Virus record (IMG/VR): IMGVR_UViG_3300032242_000723
Location: 62,001-126,000 of that record
Reading direction: 5' to 3' (one strand)
Length of the DNA stretch: 64,000 bases
Below, one piece after another: positions 55,028 through 62,858 of the stretch. Both the position numbers and the translations under genes were made by a program. Under the pieces are notes generated by a model. That model made no database searches, was not told where the DNA came from, and was given only the letters and a program-made list of their open reading frames with translations. The stretch's first letter is position 1, and each line of letters opens with the position of its first letter.

Positions 55028-55622
55028 ATGTATTTAATCTACAAAATCCAACACCGTAACGGAAATTACTACATTGGTAGACATAAAACCGATAATCCTA
55101 ACGACAACTACATTGGTAGCGGAACTTGGTCGAACAGTATTAAAAATCGCGGCAATGTAAGTAAAACTATCATTGAAGTCTGTGAAAGCGAAGATCAATA
55201 CATAGCCCGATAACAATATTACATTGATCAACACTACGGTAAACCTGGCTGCATGAACGAGTAACAAATCAACCGGATTTCCGTGCGGTAGTGCTCACCA
55301 TATGAACAAGCCATCTAATCGTCGTAAACATTCTTTGCTACAAAAAGCCAGAACGGATCATCCATTCCTTACTCCAGAAAACCGTAAGCGTATGAAGACA
55401 AACAATCCAGGCTCATTTCCAGAAAATGCAGCTAATGCTTCTAAACGATTATTAGCAAATAATCCAATGTATGATCCTGTAGCGTTGGCAAAGATAACTG
55501 GAGACAATCACTGGACCAAAGACAAGGTTCACTTGAAAACTTGTGAGCATTGTGGTATTGCTAATATTTCTAAATCAAACTACACCCGCTGGCACGGTCC
55601 TAAATGCAAAGCACTTACATAG
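55028..55622 (+). pseudogene. disrupted GIY-YIG/Zn-finger endonuclease
   Basis: YLIY...YYIG..YIGSG start; in-frame TAA at 55211-55213 where REQYYI is expected; frameshift near 55259 joins ORF 55302-55622 ending CEHC...WHGPKCK. Confidence 0.75.
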
Positions 55623-56214
55623 TAGGACCATTTCCAGATTTAAATCCAACTTCTCCGCCCTCTTCCTTGATGCGTTTCAGCACTTCTTCAAACAGAATAG
55701 GACGGAAGTCTGTTTGCTCTACACAAACACAGTGATATCTTGGATCAATTTGATCGCTGTACAATACTTGATTAGTCTTCTTGTCAAATCCATTAGCCTT
55801 CATCACCCGGTTAGAGTGAAGATGGCCGTGTATATTACAACCGAACCTTCCAAGACTTGCTTCATGAATGGGGATATGACTTAGAATAAGTCCATTCATC
55901 ACATGATAGCCGCGAATGTCCCGGAAGTACGGGGTGAACTCAGACAGGTCAAAGATATCGTGGTTACCCTTGATCAACACCTTGTCACCGTTCAAACGAG
56001 ACATAGTGATCAGTGCCCTACGATTGATAACGACATCACCCAAATGATAGACCTTATCGTTTGGCTTAACGGTTTCATTCCACCGCTTTACCATTTCTTC
56101 GTCCATTTCAGCAGGATCAGTCCATGGCCGCAACTTTTCACCAGTTGCAGTGGTAAAACGACAAACGCCAGCGTGACCGAAGTGAGTGTCCGAGGTTAAA
56201 AATACAGATGGCAT
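55615..56214 (-). CDS. calcineurin-like metallophosphoesterase
   Basis: SDTHFGH, HLGD, KGNHD, SHIP, HGHLH; promoter at 56248-56275. Confidence 0.9.
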   Translation of the reverse strand: MPSVFLTSDTHFGHAGVCRFTTATGEKLRPWTDPAEMDEEMVKRWNETVKPNDKVYHLGDVVINRRALITMSRLNGDKVLIKGNHDIFDLSEFTPYFRDIRGYHVMNGLILSHIPIHEASLGRFGCNIHGHLHSNRVMKANGFDKKTNQVLYSDQIDPRYHCVCVEQTDFRPILFEEVLKRIKEEGGEVGFKSGNGPTM

Positions 56215-56279
56215 TAGCGTTCTCCTTTGCTGTTTAATCTATATGTGAATATAGCAACATCAAGGATAATGTCAACCGT

Positions 56280-56921
56280 TTATTCGACGGCTAACTCATT
56301 TAATATTGCTAGTAGTATTGGTTCGTATAGGGGATCGATACAATGATAATGTAACCATTGTTTAGTGTGATTGATGATCAACGGAAGGTCATACATCGTG
56401 ACAGGGATGATTCGTCTACCTTCTTTGCCTGTGTAGTGATTCTCACCATCAAAGTAGTAGTTAGGAAAGTTAGCAGGGTTATTAGTCTCGTAAGCCCCAC
56501 GCAAAATCCTGCGATTGTAGTGGTCAGTTGATGCAAAGCATGCCTTATATCCTAACTCTTTGATCAAGTCATACAACGGAAACTGAACATGAATGAATCT
56601 GGCCTCTGGTGCACCTCGATGATTTAGATTAGTATACAATCTAAAGGGATAGATGCAAGTGTTGGCATCATCTGACCAACGACAAATACCGGCACCCGTA
56701 AAGTAATCGGTACCGTTAGTTGATACTGCATATCCACCACCGTTCTCTCTATCAAACACTTTTTCTGTAAACATCTTATACATTAATGTTTCAGGTCTAT
56801 GTTGCCAATCAATTGAGGTGTAGTTCACTGCTGCTGGGCTAGGATCAGTTTGGGCCGCTTCGCAGAACTTGCTGACCTTTTCTACGGGTGTACTGCTGTC
56901 AAACCATTCAATCATTTGCAA
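56280..56921 (-). CDS. hypothetical protein, possible GNAT-like fold
   Basis: GAGI..W...RLYT...HRG pattern; weak. Confidence 0.5.
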   Translation of the reverse strand: MQMIEWFDSSTPVEKVSKFCEAAQTDPSPAAVNYTSIDWQHRPETLMYKMFTEKVFDRENGGGYAVSTNGTDYFTGAGICRWSDDANTCIYPFRLYTNLNHRGAPEARFIHVQFPLYDLIKELGYKACFASTDHYNRRILRGAYETNNPANFPNYYFDGENHYTGKEGRRIIPVTMYDLPLIINHTKQWLHYHCIDPLYEPILLAILNELAVE

Positions 56922-57610
56922 TCATCAAACACAATATGCAAGTGCGTGTTAGTAGTGAAGGGATGAACTGCATGTAGGTAGTTATAACTATTAAAGTCTA
57001 GGACTAAGATTTCATTTTGGGGAGGAAGCTCAATCCTATTGACAGGATACTTCTTTGCTGCTCGCATACCTCTGATGAACGCTTTAGTGTATTCACGTCT
57101 GATCTGTTTATCACCGACCTTTTCCCATGCGATTCCCTCTAGTACAGGCATAGGTTCATCAGTCCATTGAAATACAAAGGCCTCAGTAATTGGTTCGCGT
57201 ATGTCTAAGGGAATGACTGCGGTAACAGTCCTGCATAGGCTGCTCTCAGGCCGTCTAAAGTGCATGTGAGTAGCGACTCCGTCGCGTTCATCGGTTAGTG
57301 GATGATTTCCACCAAATACTGAATACATCTTTACGACAGAATCAAATCTGCCGCGTACTGCTTCGATGCCGTATTTAAGATATTCTGAGAATGGATTTAA
57401 GGGATCAATGTTGGCTACGTGATCGTCAAGTGATACATAATCGTCAAAAAAACTTTCGGTTAATACTCGTGTTCGCAATCTAACAGGGACATCCATATTG
57501 ACAAATTCATCAACAACCAAATTGTTTCCTATCAATGGTAATTTATTATAATCAAAATTGACTTCATAATCTTTAGGAAGTCTATCGTATTTTACTTCAT
57601 CCATTTTCAT
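56912..57610 (-). CDS. possible cupin / 2OG-Fe(II) oxygenase-like protein
   Basis: THMH...VTAVIPL and LDFNSY.YLHAV. Confidence 0.5.
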   Translation of the reverse strand: MKMDEVKYDRLPKDYEVNFDYNKLPLIGNNLVVDEFVNMDVPVRLRTRVLTESFFDDYVSLDDHVANIDPLNPFSEYLKYGIEAVRGRFDSVVKMYSVFGGNHPLTDERDGVATHMHFRRPESSLCRTVTAVIPLDIREPITEAFVFQWTDEPMPVLEGIAWEKVGDKQIRREYTKAFIRGMRAAKKYPVNRIELPPQNEILVLDFNSYNYLHAVHPFTTNTHLHIVFDDCK

Positions 57611-58400
57611 CTCTCACCGTAGGTATCTCACCCGTAAAGTCCATTCCCTCTAGTTCACCCCAAAAGATTTCAATACTCTGTTTAGGATCGCTACGAAGGA
57701 AATGAGCGAAACAGCCAAAATCATTTCCGTCATATGTATAAACTTTATCTGAGTCTAATAGTATATATCTAAGTAATTGCTGTTTTGTGTAATGTTTAAG
57801 CTTTAAGCTTAGATGTATGTCACTTATGCGTATATTCTCGCTAAACCGAAAGAAACGCAAACACCGCTTGGAAATGACTACGAACCTATTGAATTTAATA
57901 TGCTTTTTGGCCCGCTCGAACAGAAAAAGCAGTTTTTTCGCATTTAACATCGTAATGTCTTTTTTACACTTTGCTCGCCAATCATCGCTTGCTTCCCACT
58001 CATCAAGCGGGATGCGTTTGTCATCATATACTACGCTGCTTCCGATCAAGCCAACCACATCAGGGTCATATTTCTCAATCGTTCTTTGCAGGATGCCAAG
58101 AGATTCAGGTTCATAATAGTCGTCCCCGTCAATCAAAGTGAGATAATCATATTCGGTTGTAGCAAAGTGATCTAATGCAGTATTCTTACCCTTTGATGCA
58201 GTTCCGTTTGATTCAGTTACGATGAAGTTCCAGCCATGCTTTATTGCAATAGCTTCGGCGGCGGGAACGTAGTCGGGGTTTAGTGTATTGCACACTACGA
58301 TTCTACCTACATCTGTCTTTTGATTGTCGATTGAAACCATACAGCGTTCTAACTTTTCAGGGTAACGATCTGTTAGAACACAAACTAATAAGTTTTTCAT
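57597..58400 (-). CDS. GT-A glycosyltransferase (GT2-like)
   Basis: L.RCM.SI, SNGTASKGKN, LTLIDGDDYY. Confidence 0.75.
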   Translation of the reverse strand: MKNLLVCVLTDRYPEKLERCMVSIDNQKTDVGRIVVCNTLNPDYVPAAEAIAIKHGWNFIVTESNGTASKGKNTALDHFATTEYDYLTLIDGDDYYEPESLGILQRTIEKYDPDVVGLIGSSVVYDDKRIPLDEWEASDDWRAKCKKDITMLNAKKLLFLFERAKKHIKFNRFVVISKRCLRFFRFSENIRISDIHLSLKLKHYTKQQLLRYILLDSDKVYTYDGNDFGCFAHFLRSDPKQSIEIFWGELEGMDFTGEIPTVRDENG

Positions 58401-58990
58401 ATCTTAGATATCCTATCACATAATGTTTCAAACACGATTCGATTACCTGCTTCGTTAAAATGATTCATTGTCCCGCGATTCAATCGCATCAACTCTACAA
58501 AGCTTACCATGTCGTCAAACTGATATAGCCTATCCCAATCAAAACCAGTCATGTTGATAACCTTGTGTCTTACATTGCGTAATACTACTTCTTCGATCTC
58601 TTTGCAAATCAGATTGTGAGTAAACTCAGCATGATCTAAGTCAAAGTACCTTTCAAAGTAGTCAACAACAGGTTTCAGTTTAGCATTTCCATCACGGTTT
58701 ATGATGTCTGCATAGATCAAGTCGCTGTTGCAATGAAGGATGTCAGAATGATGGATTGGATGTTCTGTTACGTACAATCTGTTTGGACTAGTGTGCGATA
58801 TAATGATCACATCATACTCTTCCAAGTTAACAGACTTGAGTTGAAGATAAATCTTGTATTGACTGCAACCGGCTTGAGATATGTTTGTAGTGTCGAACTG
58901 TTTGGCGATCATGTTGGGCCAGCCCTGTCCTGGGTATTTCACTGTCCAGTCTGCTGCGAAACTATCTCCGCATATCAGTATCTTTGTCAT
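58397..58990 (-). CDS. SGNH/GDSL-like protein
   Basis: ICGDSF, WP...A, N.SQAGCSQ, NHFNEAGN; start 58990. Confidence 0.65.
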   Translation of the reverse strand: MTKILICGDSFAADWTVKYPGQGWPNMIAKQFDTTNISQAGCSQYKIYLQLKSVNLEEYDVIIISHTSPNRLYVTEHPIHHSDILHCNSDLIYADIINRDGNAKLKPVVDYFERYFDLDHAEFTHNLICKEIEEVVLRNVRHKVINMTGFDWDRLYQFDDMVSFVELMRLNRGTMNHFNEAGNRIVFETLCDRISKI

Positions 58991-59026
58991 ACAAATATTT
59001 ATCGGATATAGGAATGTCAAAAAAGT

Positions 59027-59518
59027 TTAGTACCACATGCCTTCGTTACGCATACGCTTGATGAACGATAGATAGGTTCCGCATATACCATAGCACTGTA
59101 GCTTGACTGTGCTCAACATGCCTCTATCAGTGATCTCAGGTAAAAAGATAATGCTTGAGTTGTTGATGGGCACAGTACCCGGTGTGATGATCTGTCCACC
59201 TGATGTCGTGGTGGGTGTGCTTTCAGTGTCGTTAGCAAACCAGAAGTAGTTAGGGTAAAGTTTGATTGGTTGTGTTACGATCCACTCTTGCATCTCAACA
59301 TTTCTAATATTCAGCCAAAAACGATTGCCACGCAGGTATTCAGGTGTCACTTCTGTCAACGGTTGTTGTGATCCTAAGTAGAGCTTACCGTCTACTCGCC
59401 AAACATCTACCATTACCGAGTACCCATGGTTAAACGCCTGACCGATTTGATCAGGCGTGTTGGCTTTCTCGTAGTTTTGACCGTCCCAGATGCCTTGATA
59501 TGATATAAGTAACATCAA
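59027..59518 (-). CDS. glycerophosphodiester phosphodiesterase-like fold, degenerate
   Basis: ISYQG..G...E.ANT...I..A...GY.V.VDVW..DGKLYLG; His of HRG replaced. Confidence 0.6.
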   Translation of the reverse strand: MMLLISYQGIWDGQNYEKANTPDQIGQAFNHGYSVMVDVWRVDGKLYLGSQQPLTEVTPEYLRGNRFWLNIRNVEMQEWIVTQPIKLYPNYFWFANDTESTPTTTSGGQIITPGTVPINNSSIIFLPEITDRGMLSTVKLQCYGICGTYLSFIKRMRNEGMWY

Positions 59519-59538
59519 GTATTTATGACAGATCGCAA

Positions 59539-59691
59539 CTAACTCAGGTACTTAACGAGAACACCGAGAGTCATAAAGCCGAGTGCAAAAGCGTTCAAAC
59601 AAGCCATCTTATATTGATATGTTTTAAAGCTGTCAACCATTGACCAAGCGTTCCAAGAGAACAGTGCGATCCAGATAAGTGCAGTAAACAT
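59539..59691 (-). CDS. 50-aa membrane peptide, paralog of 59701-59865 (not in ORF track)
   Basis: W.MVDS...MAC.NAF.LG..TL shared with neighbour. Confidence 0.6.
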   Translation of the reverse strand: MFTALIWIALFSWNAWSMVDSFKTYQYKMACLNAFALGFMTLGVLVKYLS

Positions 59692-59700
59692 GTGATGTTC

Positions 59701-59865
59701 CTATTTAACGGTTATAAACAAAATTCTTGATAACAATACTCTTAAAGTCAGCAAGCCAAGAACAAAAGCATTCACGCAAGCCATAATGTTTTGGCCTCTG
59801 CTAAGGCTGTCAACCATAGCCCAACCATTGGCTGCAATTAGTAAGATATATACAAAGTTGTTCAT
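59701..59865 (-). CDS. 54-aa membrane peptide (not in ORF track)
   Basis: AAGGA RBS; promoter TTGACA-17-TAAGTT at 59897-59925. Confidence 0.6.
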   Translation of the reverse strand: MNNFVYILLIAANGWAMVDSLSRGQNIMACVNAFVLGLLTLRVLLSRILFITVK

Positions 59866-60038
59866 GTGATATTTCCTTGTTCACAATTGATATCTTAACT
59901 TAGCAAACGGTTGAGCAAATGTCAACCTTTATTTAGGCACATTCCACTTCCTGTCCGCAGCTTTCGCTAATCCATGGGCGGAATACTTAGTGCTTTGCCC
60001 ATGGTCAATGTAACGGCAGGTCTCTACTAACCTAAAGT

Positions 60039-60113
60039 TGGAGCGGGCAGAGGGATTCGAACCCTCGACATTTACCTTGGCAAGGTAACGCTCTACCACT
60101 GAGCTATGCCCGC
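60039..60113 (-). tRNA. trnG-GCC: tRNA-Gly(GCC)
   Basis: GCGGGCA/TGCCCGC acceptor, TTACC-TTGCCAA-GGTAA anticodon arm, GGTTCGAATCC, encoded CCA. Confidence 0.95.
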
Positions 60114-60121
60114 ATTATTCT

Positions 60122-60196
60122 TGGAGCGGATGACAGGGGTCGAACCTGCGACGAACAGCTTGGAAGGCTGACACTCTACCACTGAGTTACATCCGC
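60122..60196 (-). tRNA. trnG-TCC: tRNA-Gly(TCC)
   Basis: GCGGATG/CATCCGC acceptor, CAGC-CTTCCAA-GCTG, GGTTCGACC, encoded CCA. Confidence 0.95.
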
Positions 60197-60203
60197 GTTA
60201 TAT

Positions 60204-60280
60204 TGGATGCGGGAGAGGGATTTGAACCCCCGATCTTTTGGTTATGAGCCAAACGAGCCACCGGACTGCTCCACCCCGCG
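60204..60280 (-). tRNA. trnM-CAT: tRNA-Met(CAT), initiator-like
   Basis: CGCGGGGTGGAGCAG start with C1:A72 mismatch, TTTGG-CTCATAA-CCAAA, GGTTCAAATCC, encoded CCA. Confidence 0.9.
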
Positions 60281-60285
60281 TTAAA

Positions 60286-60401
60286 CTATTTTGAAGAACA
60301 CACAAGATACTGAATAATGTTGACGCATTATTTTTCGCTACTCGTCAAAGTAACCGAGATCCGCGATTAGCAGAAATCGTCAGGTGTATTCATCAAAATA
60401 G
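60286..60401 (-). ncRNA. stem-closed ncRNA cassette A
   Basis: Ends CTATTTTGA-T-GAATACAC / GTGTGTTC-T-TCAAAATAG pair with one T.T mismatch. Confidence 0.6.
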
Positions 60402-60402
60402 T

Positions 60403-60473
60403 CTATTTAGAAGAACGTACCCCATGCGTACCTTTCGGTCGTTAGACTTATACGGATACATTCGTCAAAATAG
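60403..60473 (-). ncRNA. stem-closed ncRNA cassette B
   Basis: CTATTTTGA-C-GAATGTA / TACGTTC-T-TCTAAATAG; internal ACC-GAAA-GGT hairpin. Confidence 0.55.
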
Positions 60474-60494
60474 TCTACTATTATTTATACTTTT

Positions 60495-60623
60495 TAAACA
60501 GTTTAGAAGAATGCAGTGAAAGCGTCCTTTCGTGATACGACTGGATTCAAACCAGTATCTCGACCGTCGCCAGCCAGGGCGTTATCAGCCGCCACCATAT
60601 CCTGCATTCATCTAAACTGTTTA
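60495..60623 (-). ncRNA. stem-closed cassette C containing a degenerate tRNA-like core (60532-60602)
   Basis: AAACAGTTTAGA-T-GAATGCAG / CTGCATTC-T-TCTAAACTGTTT; D stem GGCG/CGCC and T arm ACTGG-TTTGAAT-CCAGT. Confidence 0.65.
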
Positions 60624-60626
60624 GGA

Positions 60627-60777
60627 TAACTTATTAGAAGAGTGCTGCCGAGGTATTGCGTTTCCCCTATTGCTCATCTGGCGCCAGATGGGAGAATTTC
60701 GGTTTATGATTGCCAACTACGACATACTTTCCCTACACCCAATTTTACGCTGACGACAGCACTCGTCTAATAAGTTA
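60627..60777 (-). ncRNA. stem-closed ncRNA cassette D
   Basis: TAACTTATTAGA-C-GAGTGCTG / CAGCACTC-T-TCTAATAAGTTA; internal palindrome CATCTGGCGCCAGATG. Confidence 0.6.
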
Positions 60778-60791
60778 AGTTTTATTCACGT

Positions 60792-60968
60792 TTAACTTAT
60801 TACGCTAACACTACAACATAGAGTTGGGACTTAAACCCAAACTTCCCACTATCGTCGCTGCACGTGACTACGAAAGACCAGCCTCGCTATTGTTGTTCGT
60901 TGTGCTACTTACACCACATCTACTTTATCGTTTCGAACCGATGTCGCAGTGTTAGCGAAATAAGTTAA
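60792..60968 (-). ncRNA. stem-closed cassette E with tRNA-like D and T arms around a long insert
   Basis: TTAACTTATT-T-CGCTAACACT / AGTGTTAGCG-T-AATAAGTTAA; GTGT-AAGTA-GCAC and TTGGG-TTTAAGT-CCCAA. Confidence 0.6.
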
Positions 60969-61009
60969 GTTTTCAAAGATCAAGGTGATTTCTCATCTCT
61001 TATTTTCTT

Positions 61010-61038
61010 AGTATATATAGTCCTTATACCAATGTCAA
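61010..61038 (-). promoter_or_regulatory. strong sigma70-type promoter for ncRNA/tRNA operon
   Basis: TTGACA-17-TATACT on minus strand, no ORF before cassette E. Confidence 0.8.
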
Positions 61039-61063
61039 GAACTAGTTTCAGTTTTTGTAACTT

Positions 61064-61342
61064 TTATTTACAGTTAGCCTTGTACCAATCATACAAAGCA
61101 CCGAATGACTCAATGCAACCTTCTGCCTTGAAGGGACCATTGAACCTAGAGCCATTAGGTGCAACCAAACAATATTGCTCCATATCAGGTTCATATCCGT
61201 TGAAGAACTGATGTACCGCACTCAAGCGATAGTTTTTCTTGTCTTCAGGGATACTAAACGCTGCTACGATATTACCAGACAGATCAGTCATCTCAATAAC
61301 GATATCGTTGGTAATAGTCATTTCACTGAACGCAGTAGACAT
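61064..61342 (-). CDS. hypothetical early protein
   Basis: Promoter TTGACA-17-TATAGT at 61374-61402 and GGAG RBS. Confidence 0.6.
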   Translation of the reverse strand: MSTAFSEMTITNDIVIEMTDLSGNIVAAFSIPEDKKNYRLSAVHQFFNGYEPDMEQYCLVAPNGSRFNGPFKAEGCIESFGALYDWYKANCK

Positions 61343-61414
61343 TTGATAACTCCGTGTGTTTCTCTATGATCTAACTATAGCAAACCGTGTTGTAAATGTC
61401 AACACCTTTTTGAC

Positions 61415-62551
61415 TTAGGTGTAGATTATTTTAGCGACAAGTTCAGGATCAAGCGACCCTATGTTTTTTCTAAAGTTTACCCAAATATCCTTCTCGTTCT
61501 TGTAGTCGGATAATAACGGTAATAGTTCAGGACAAAAACATTGTATAATACTGAGTTGTATAATACCATTTAAACAGTTAGCAGTCAAATCCTCAATCGA
61601 TAACCTACTCGTTACTTTAGGGATACGAATGTCAAAGAATGGGCTGAATACGATGTTATTATCTAAATGCCACATTTGATGATCATAGAAGATCGTATTG
61701 AATAGATATTGCTTTAACTCAATGTCATTCTCAAACTTGAGCATGGATTGCTTGTATCGTTCAAGTGACGGTCGCTTGAGGAACCAATACAAATAGTCGT
61801 TTTCAGATGCGAGTTCATCAATGAGTTTACCTTGATAGTTAGCTAATGCGTTGATCGCTTCGCCGTCTCGATATTGAAACGTTTCGGCATAGTAGCCGCT
61901 GATATACCAACTAGTGTCTCTGTTCCAACTTGAATGCGTATAGCCCCAGTAGTCTTTATCAGTTTGGTTGATCAGATCAGATTCATATTCTCGTCTTGTC
62001 CCCATTACTTTTTGAAAAGTATCATCTGAAGGATCAAAAAGATGAACAAAGGTCTTATAGTCTTGATTACGACTATATTCTAAAATAGCCCAACATGTCA
62101 ACGTGTCTAGTCCTGCCGAAAAGGGGAAGGTTAGATTTGCTACATCATTATAGCGATAAAAGTTTGTAGTGTTTTCTACCAAAATATCACCGATCATAAT
62201 CGATGCTTCTTCTAATGTTATTTGACTACCAATAACTAATGTTTGCCCGTGTTCATACATACACGGCTCAAATCCATTTAACTTTATGTTAGTGAAGTCG
62301 GTTCCGTTACTATTGATCGGAAAGCCTCGTAGTGTAGGATGAAAGATTTGTCCTTTATAGATAGCACACCACTTACCGTTTGGTTTATAGCCGTCTACTA
62401 TACCAAGCAGTGATTCTTCTAATCTGCAATCAGTGCTGTAGCCTTTGTACCAGATGCCATGCTTTTCTTTCCAGCCTTTGTCTAAAAAAAGGTTAGGTTG
62501 CACTTCATTGAGTGCTTGAATAGGACAGTTGGTACCGATATAGAAGAACAT
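61415..62551 (-). CDS. asparagine-synthetase-like / PP-loop protein
   Basis: FPFSAGLDTL PP-loop-like motif, SPFFD.R; CATAAATA upstream. Confidence 0.6.
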   Translation of the reverse strand: MFFYIGTNCPIQALNEVQPNLFLDKGWKEKHGIWYKGYSTDCRLEESLLGIVDGYKPNGKWCAIYKGQIFHPTLRGFPINSNGTDFTNIKLNGFEPCMYEHGQTLVIGSQITLEEASIMIGDILVENTTNFYRYNDVANLTFPFSAGLDTLTCWAILEYSRNQDYKTFVHLFDPSDDTFQKVMGTRREYESDLINQTDKDYWGYTHSSWNRDTSWYISGYYAETFQYRDGEAINALANYQGKLIDELASENDYLYWFLKRPSLERYKQSMLKFENDIELKQYLFNTIFYDHQMWHLDNNIVFSPFFDIRIPKVTSRLSIEDLTANCLNGIIQLSIIQCFCPELLPLLSDYKNEKDIWVNFRKNIGSLDPELVAKIIYT

Positions 62552-62858
62552 GAAAATATTTATGTGCTATGTTAGGGGTGGAAAGAAAAGAGCAAGTGAT
62601 AAACGGTGCAATATGCAGCGATACCTCTCAAAGAGTAGCGTATCAGTTATGCAAAAAACAATCAACAACCTGCAAGAACTGCGTATTTCCGGACATCAAA
62701 GTGCATATATTCTATATTAGTCCGGTTCACGCAATTTTATTTGAGCGCCCGAAGGCCTCAAATGATCATATGTGATATTTATCCTAATCTCTCTTTTCTT
62801 TCCAAGTAGTTTACCTTCTAGAAGATTGACGATCCCCCAAAAGGCCTAACTACCAAAC

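Noticed and set aside
59941-60030. Additional tRNA downstream of tRNA-Gly(GCC)
   Set aside because: Only a CCATGGGC/GCCCATGG hairpin is present; no T-loop or cloverleaf.
60300-60390. Hammerhead ribozyme in cassette A (CUGACGA ... CGAAA on the minus strand)
   Set aside because: Stem II lacks the closing pair after CUGANGA, the A15.1-U16.1/H17 site does not register, and 8 extra nt separate stem III from stem I.
60286-60968. Bacterial Y RNAs (YrlA) or a CRISPR-like repeat array
   Set aside because: tRNA-like cores are in normal D-then-T order rather than the YrlA permutation, no bulged-C Ro60 helix or TROVE gene is visible, and the units share inverted stems rather than direct repeats. Not fully excluded without an Rfam search.
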